Position numbers and translations under genes: made by a program
NCBI GenBank assembly: GCA_038087875.1
Contig: CM075987.1
Coordinates: 19,594,001 to 19,658,000 of the forward strand
Length of the DNA: 64,000 bases
Direction: 5' to 3'
Source of the DNA: Malacoraja senta
Taxonomy: Eukaryota
Notes under the pieces: generated by a model
Seen by the model: the letters and a program-made list of their open reading frames with translations, nothing else
Database searches by the model: none
Told to the model about the DNA's origin: nothing
In this document: in pieces, positions 57,631-64,000 of the stretch
Layout of the letters: every line of letters begins with the position of its first letter
Position numbering within the stretch: the stretch's first letter is position 1

Positions 57631-58335
57631 AAAAGTTCAGTTTGGAAGCCACAGTCTTACAGCCTTTCATAAATTAAAGCTTTTCCTCTTTGGGAAAGCA
57701 CACCATTTAGCTTATTATTCAGTGGACAATCTTGTTTATTATACCTCTGGATACAAGTTCGGCTCCCAAACATCTCATGCTTAAACTACATGTTTAAACT
57801 ACAAGAGTAGAAAGAGAGGATGGCATGAATGAGGCAAGTCTGCCACAACCCACCTGGAAGAGAATAATAGAGAAGTAATTAATATAAATGTTGAAACAAA
57901 TTATTTTGATCACCTTAATGGATTTTACAAAAAGAACATCTTTTGAACTCTGACAACCAGTATCTGCAGTTCCTTGTTTCTACATCTCACTGCTCCACTG
58001 CAAAATGTCCTCAAGGTATCCTTACTTTGCAGAAATTGTTCTCCTCTCCGACCTGAAGATGAGTCCCGACACGAAACGTCACCTCTCCATGTTCTCCAGA
58101 AATGCTGCCTGACCTGCTGAGTTACTCCAGAACTTTGTTTCTTCTTTTGTAAACCAGCATCTGCAGTTCCTTGTTTCTACTTTTTTATACTCTCCCTTAT
58201 ACTCTGGACACATTGGTTAGTAGCCTACACAAGAGGTATTTAAGCAGACAAGGAATGGAGGGATATAGACCACGTGCAAGCATATAGTAATAATTTGATT
58301 GATATCGTTGGCTTGTGTATTACACAAGTGCTATA

Positions 58336-58482
58336 CAGATGCTTCCCGGGCAACGGCAACGAGCCGTAGCTCACTTCCGGCCACGTGATCAAATTGTATT
58401 AAATGCGTTTTTGACTTAAGATATTTTCGATTTACGATAGGTTTATCGGAACGTAACCACATCGTAGGTCGAGGAGCAGCTG
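58336..58482. mobile_element. Short Tc1/mariner (Tigger-like) MITE
   Basis: TA|CAGATGCTTCCCG ... CGAGGAGCAGCTG|TA. Confidence 0.6.
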
Positions 58483-59578
58483 TAGTAATCACATGAATGT
58501 TAGCTACAAGTACTAGCAGACTGATCTCACTTTTGTCTAATATTGGTACATGGACATTTTTCATCAACAGTCAATGGTTTGTGTCCAGAAGTGAGAAACT
58601 CATCAAATTTTATTTTCACTTCCGTGAGAGTATGAAGTCAGTTGTCGAGTTCTTTACTAACTGTCCGGCTTCCCAAACACAACTCTTGCTTGACCTGTAA
58701 TTTTCCGATTGTCATTGGGTTAATTTATTAGAACAGCTTGCACAGAACCAGTCTATTCATGGACCAACAGCCAATTTATACTTCATGTTATGTCCTAAAG
58801 AACAGGTTAAAATGATTATACTATTTGTACATTTTAAAAGCAAGTTAAAATGACCGGGCAACAGCCGACATTCTTCACATCTATTGTGCTTGGCACAGAT
58901 TCTCAGGATTGAGGGAAGACTTAATTTTAGTCAGCCCACCAGCAGCCCCATTGCTTTTAGAAATAAAGTGTGGCAGAGCTTGCAGCGCAGGATATCGGGA
59001 GGCTGTCACTGGAATCAGCACTCACGAAGGGTTGACTTGAACCCAAAGAAGTGGGAATGCGACTGTTAAAGCATTAATTCAGGCAAAAGTCATTTTTGGG
59101 GCCTCTCTAAGAGTATTCCTTCCAATTTCCAACGTACAGTAAAACTCTGTTAATCCAGCATGCCTGAGACTTTGGTGACGGAATGGCAGATTTTCCAGCA
59201 TAATACAGTATATGTTATTCCAAATAATATTCTGACATGTCTTTAATTCACTTCTTTTTAGATAATAAATTATCCAGTGAACCTAGCAACCTTAATAGAA
59301 GCATGAGATCGAATGTGCCAGTGTACTAAAGGGAGTGCAGAAACCAGGTGTGGAAGCCAGGACCCTGATGTGTTCATGTGATTGTGGTAACGGACCCTGC
59401 CTTGCTAAAACGAGTGTGGCAATCAGGACCCCAGTGTGTTAAAGGAAGCACAAGTATGAGTATCTGGTAAACCGGAGGGCAAACCATAAACATTTCAGAA
59501 CAATCAGTAGCAGATCATCGGAACTTTACGATGAGAAGAAACTACTTTTAGTTAGTTATAGGACTGCAGTACAAGTGA

Positions 59579-59893
59579 GTTTAGTTTAGTTTAGTTTAGA
59601 GATACAGCGCGGAAACAGCCCTTTTCGGCCCACCGGGTCTGTGCCGACCAGCGATCCCCGCACATTAACATTATCCTATACCCACCAGGGACAATTTTTA
59701 CATTTACCAAGCCAATTAACCTACATACATGTACGTCTTTGGAGTGTGGGAGGAAACCGAAGAATTCGGAGAAAACCCATGCAGGTCACGGGGAGAACGT
59801 ACAAGCTCCATACCCATAGTCAGGATCGAACCCGGGTCTCCGGCGCTGCATTCGCTGTAAGGCAGCAACTCTGCCGCTGCGCCATCGTGCCAC
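59579..59893 (-). mobile_element. tRNA-derived SINE (V-SINE/HE1-like)
   Basis: Minus-strand head GGCACGATGGCGCAGCGG with B-box GGTTCGATCC; (CTAAA)n tail. Confidence 0.75.
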
Positions 59894-60176
59894 CCATTGA
59901 GTGTGAAAGAGCAAGAGAATATGTATTGTCAAGTGAAATCTTTGTGCACTGTTTTGCACTGTGCTGCTGGTAGAGCTGTCAGAAACCTGGGTACAATCCT
60001 GACCTCAGTGCTGTATGTGTGGAATTTTAACATTCTCCCTGTAACCGTGTGGGTTTCCTCCAGGTGCTCCGGTTTCCTCCCAAAGACGTGTGAGCTAGTT
60101 GTTTAATTGGCTTCTGTAAATTGCCACATTAGTGTCGGGAGTGGATGCAAAAGTGGGATAACATAGAACTAGTGTG

Positions 60177-61434
60177 TTTAAGAAGGAACTGCAGATGCTG
60201 GAAAATCGAAGGTACACAAAAATGCTGGAGAAACTCAGAGGGTGCAGCAGCATCTATCGAGCGAAGGAAATAGGTAACGTTTCGGGCCGAAACCCTTCTT
60301 CAGACTGATGGGGGGTGGGGAGAAGAAAGGAAAAAGGCGGAGGAGGAGCCCGAGGGCTGAGGGATGGGAGGAGACAGCCCGAGGGCTGAGGAAGGGGAGG
60401 AGACAGCAAGGGCTAACGAAATTGGGAGAATTCAATGTTCATGCCCCCAGGATGCAGACTCCCCAAGCGGAATATGAGGTGCTGTTTCTCCAATTTCCGG
60501 TGTTGCTCGCTCTGGCCATGGAGGAGACCCAGGACAGAGAGGTCAGAGACGGAATGGGAGGGGGAGTTGAAGTGCTGAGACACCGGGAGGTCAGGTTGGT
60601 TATTGCGGACCGAGCGGAGGTGTTCGGCGAAACGATCGCCAAGCCTTCGCTTGGTCTCACCGATGTAGATCAGCTGACATCTAGAGCAGCGGATAAAATA
60701 GATGAGGTTGGAGGAGATGCAGGTGAACCTCTGTCGCACCTGGAACGACTGCTTGGGTCCTTGAATGGAGTCGAGGGGGGAGGTGAAGGGACAAGTGTTG
60801 CATCTCTTGCGGTTGCAATCGAAAGTGCCCGGGGAACGGGTGGTACGGGAGGGAAGGGAAGAATTGACAAGGGAGTAATTCAAGGACCCAAGCAGTCGTT
60901 CCAGGTGCAACAGAGGTTCACCTGCATCTCCTCCAACCTCATCTATTGCATCCGCTGCTCTAGATGTCAGCTGACCTACATCGGTGAGACCAAGCGGAGG
61001 CTTAGCGATCGTTTCGCCGAACACCTCCGCTCGGTCTGCAATAACCAACCTGACCTCCCGGTGGCTCAGCACTTCAACTCCCCCTCCCATTCCGTATCCG
61101 ACCTCTCTGTCCTGGGTCTCCTCCATGGCCAGAGCGAGCAACACCGGAAATTGGAGGAACAGCACGTCATATTCCGCTTGGGGAGTCTGCATCCTGGGGG
61201 CATGAACATTGAATTCTCCCAATTTCGTTAGCCCTTGCTGTCTCCTCCCCTTCCTCAGCCCTCGGGCTGTCTCCTCCCATCCCTCAGCCCTCGGGCTCCT
61301 CCTCCGCCTTTTTCCTTTCTTCTCCCCACCCCCCATCAGTCTGAAGAAGGGTTTCGGCCCGAAACGTTACCTATTTCCTTCGCTCCATAGATGCTGCTGC
61401 ACCCGCTGAGTTTTTCCAGCATTTTTGTGTACCC
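60177..61434. mobile_element. Penelope-like element, inverted (head-to-head) pair of 3' fragments with GIY-YIG endonuclease, inserted in a SINE
   Basis: SNLIYCIRC...YIGETKRRL.DRFAEHL on both strands; TSD TAGAACTAGTGTG (60164-60176, 61435-61447); host SINE ~59968-61515. Confidence 0.88.
61341..61369 (+). ncRNA. Minimal hammerhead-ribozyme core in Penelope pseudo-LTR
   Basis: CTGAAGA, stem II GGG(TTTCGG)CCC, GAAAC-GTTA; mirror copy at 60275-60303 (-). Stem I is not clearly formed. Confidence 0.5.
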
Positions 61435-63234
61435 TAGAACTAGTGTGAATAGGTGATCGATGGTCGATGTGAACTCGGTGGGCCGAAAGGCCTGTTTCCA
61501 TGCTGTATCTGTCAATCAAGACCATCAGTGAGAGTTCTTCCACCTGCTGATGCAGCCCAATGCTCTTCCTTTCTATTACAATCATCCAAACACCGGTAGA
61601 ACACAGAATAATACAGCGCAAGAACATGCACTTCACCCCATAATGTCAGTGCCAAACCCAAACTGGGTTACAATCTGTCTGAGATACCATCTCAGATTAT
61701 TTCTCAGTCAGGGAAGGAGACTCGTTTAATATCCAGATCTCCCCTCTGGTTTTACATTTCATCTTTCTTGTCTCCATATCTGACACCCCTTTGCTACCTT
61801 TTAATCTCTAGCCTTTGTCCACCCATTTGCCAATCAAATCCCCTCTCATCTGTATCCACCTACAGTATCACTCTCAAGCCTTGTCCTGCTGCTAATTATT
61901 TTCCAGCTATCTCCTACTACAATCATTCTGAAGAAGGGTACTGACCCAAAACGCTGCCTGTCCATTCCTTCCACAGATGCTGCCTGACCAGGTGAGTTCT
62001 TCCAACACTTGTATTTTGTTCAAGATTCCAGCATCTGCAGTTCTTTGTGTCTCCTCTAAAAGCTTGCATGCTTGGGTCATTTTTGAAGATTTAAAGACCA
62101 AGTTTAATAGATTTTTGTTAGCTTTTGTTATGAATGAGTACTCGGCACATCTGGTAAATAGAGGTGAAGCATAGATCAACAATAATCCACTTGAATGGCA
62201 ATGCTGGCTTACTGGGTGGCGACTCTTCTTAATATTCCTAATCACTGAAATCATTGAGCAGGGGTTATTTTTCTCCCTTCAAACTTGGAGAAGACATTGA
62301 TTCCCTGTGGGGTTTACTTTGGACTGCACTGGATTTTGTATTGAAAGCTAGTCAATGCCTCCCTTTCATTCATGGCTCTGAAGACAGTGAAGGGTAGCAT
62401 GGAGTGACAGCAGCGCTGCAGAATAGGCAACATCTGCCCTGAAATCTTTGCTTTTAAAAATACTGCAGTTCTTAATCACTAATCCCTTAAGTAGAAGGCA
62501 CAAAAGGGGAACAGTTCAATAGGTCTGCATGGTTCTGTATTGAGTTCCTGGCAAAAGGGATTACTTGAAAGAAAAACTAAGGGTGCTTTTTCAGTTGTTT
62601 TATTAAACAGAGCATTACTCATCATAAATTGGGGCAGCTCAGAAACGCATAAGACTGGAGCAGTTAAGGTGCCCTGACCCATTCCGTTATCAAGACAATA
62701 AAGGCTTTTTAACAAACAAGATTAGTGACCCTCCCATATGTTTTGATGACCCTCACAGATGCAGAGGATAGACAATTTGTTCTTGTGCATTGATTGAAAT
62801 CTGTAAGTGGCACCAAGATCAAGTCTTTTCATAACAGTGTGCTTAGTGTGAGTCGTTAAAAGTGAAAGACCCTTTGATTTCCTGTAGACTTGGTTTTGAG
62901 TTCTGCATTTCTGCACTTTGGCTCTGGAGAGGAGCCCATTTTGTGTGTGGAACGTTTTCTTATTTTGTGTCACTAGAGGGCCTCAGATACTTTACTTTAA
63001 ATTATTGGTTTGCATTTCCCCAAATGATCACACAACTAGCTCCTTGGAACAGTAGTTTAGCCTTGAATTTGCACTTTATTCCAGAACATGGTCATAGAAG
63101 AAACATTTTATGAATTGCTTTCTTCTTAATATGTTTGCAATAGCCTTTTGTACAGTATTGTTTGATTTGTTTGGATAGCACACAAACAGAAACTTTTCAC
63201 TGTACTTTGGTGCACATGATAATAATAAGCCTAA

Positions 63235-63481
63235 AGGGCCTGTCCCACTTGGCGATTTTTTTCAGCGACTGCTGGCATCATTGACTGACGTATCAGGTCA
63301 CCGAAAATATTGCGGCTTGATGCGGCGTGACGCGGCGTGATGACGTATTGACTCGCGTTGTTTTTTCAAGTGTCGCAACATTTTTTTTGTTGCCGCTGGA
63401 TTTTGAAATGTTCAAAATCTTTTGGCGACTCTGATATGACACCGGCAGTCGCCGAAAAAATCGGCAAGTGGAGCAGGCTCT
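63235..63481. mobile_element. PIF/Harbinger-like MITE
   Basis: TSD TAA (63232-63234, 63482-63484); TIR AGGGCCTGTCCCACTTGGCGATTTTTT with a diverged complement. Confidence 0.8.
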
Positions 63482-64000
63482 TAAATCTAAACCACCATGA
63501 GAAAGATTGCAGTAAATTAGCAATATTGTGTGGGAGTTGATTGTTTTGACACAAGGTGGACAGTTACAGTGAATAAATAAGGACAAATTAGTGAGATTTT
63601 CATTTCAAGCGCACTGGGTGCTATGAAGCTTAGACCAAAGTATTTTTTTCATCGGTTGTAATATTGGAAATGCATCAGTCAGTTTACAAATAGCAAGCTC
63701 CCACTAACAGCGATGCGAGGATGACAAGTTAACCATTTTAAATTATATTAGTTAAGAAATACTCATCACTCAAAGCTCCCCTGTCCTTTGAAATCGTGGC
63801 CACAAACACTTTGCATCCACTTAAGAAGACAGGTTTAACAACTCATCCAAAAGACATAAGCCTGGATTACGTGCCTCAGCTGCTTTGTATTGTAGAAATT
63901 GCACTCGGACCTACTGTCGCACACACACACACGTATTTCTTTGGGTGAAAGCTAAAATTACGTGAAAAGTCTTAATTTATAACTTTCTAGACCTAACGTA

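Noticed and set aside
59137..59575. Possible Tigger-like MITE starting TA|CAGTAAAACTC
   Set aside because: I could not identify a matching right TIR with confidence.
62479..62973. Two minus-strand ORFs in unique-looking DNA
   Set aside because: No motifs or convincing splice structure; lengths are expected by chance.
1..64000. CRISPR arrays, rRNA, true tRNA genes or prokaryotic systems
   Set aside because: None seen. tRNA-like segments are SINE heads or primer-binding sites, and the DNA is intron-containing vertebrate sequence.

Overview
Eukaryotic, repeat-dense vertebrate DNA. The CR1, SINE and Penelope families suggest a cartilaginous fish (skate/ray/shark); that is inference, not proven. 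The only host gene I can support is a 5-exon torsin-1-family AAA+ ATPase gene on the minus strand (CDS 31663->12845, 317 aa), whose sensor-1 Asn is replaced by Gln. The rest is mostly nested mobile elements. (i) A Tc1 transposon contains a CsRN1-like Gypsy, which contains a near-complete class I (gamma-like) endogenous retrovirus (1711-10061; tRNA-Pro PBS, ~98% identical LTRs, open pol, env with one in-frame stop) and a CR1 fragment. (ii) A DIRS1-type element with ITRs and ICR sits in torsin intron 2 and carries a full-length L1. (iii) A very young, intact Mag-like Gypsy lies 196 bp upstream of the torsin ATG. (iv) Further right are CR1 LINEs, a second CsRN1-like Gypsy, a second Tc1, Rex1/Babar fragments, hAT/Harbinger/Tigger MITEs, SINEs and a head-to-head Penelope palindrome with hammerhead-ribozyme cores. 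Family assignments come from motif recognition, not database searches.
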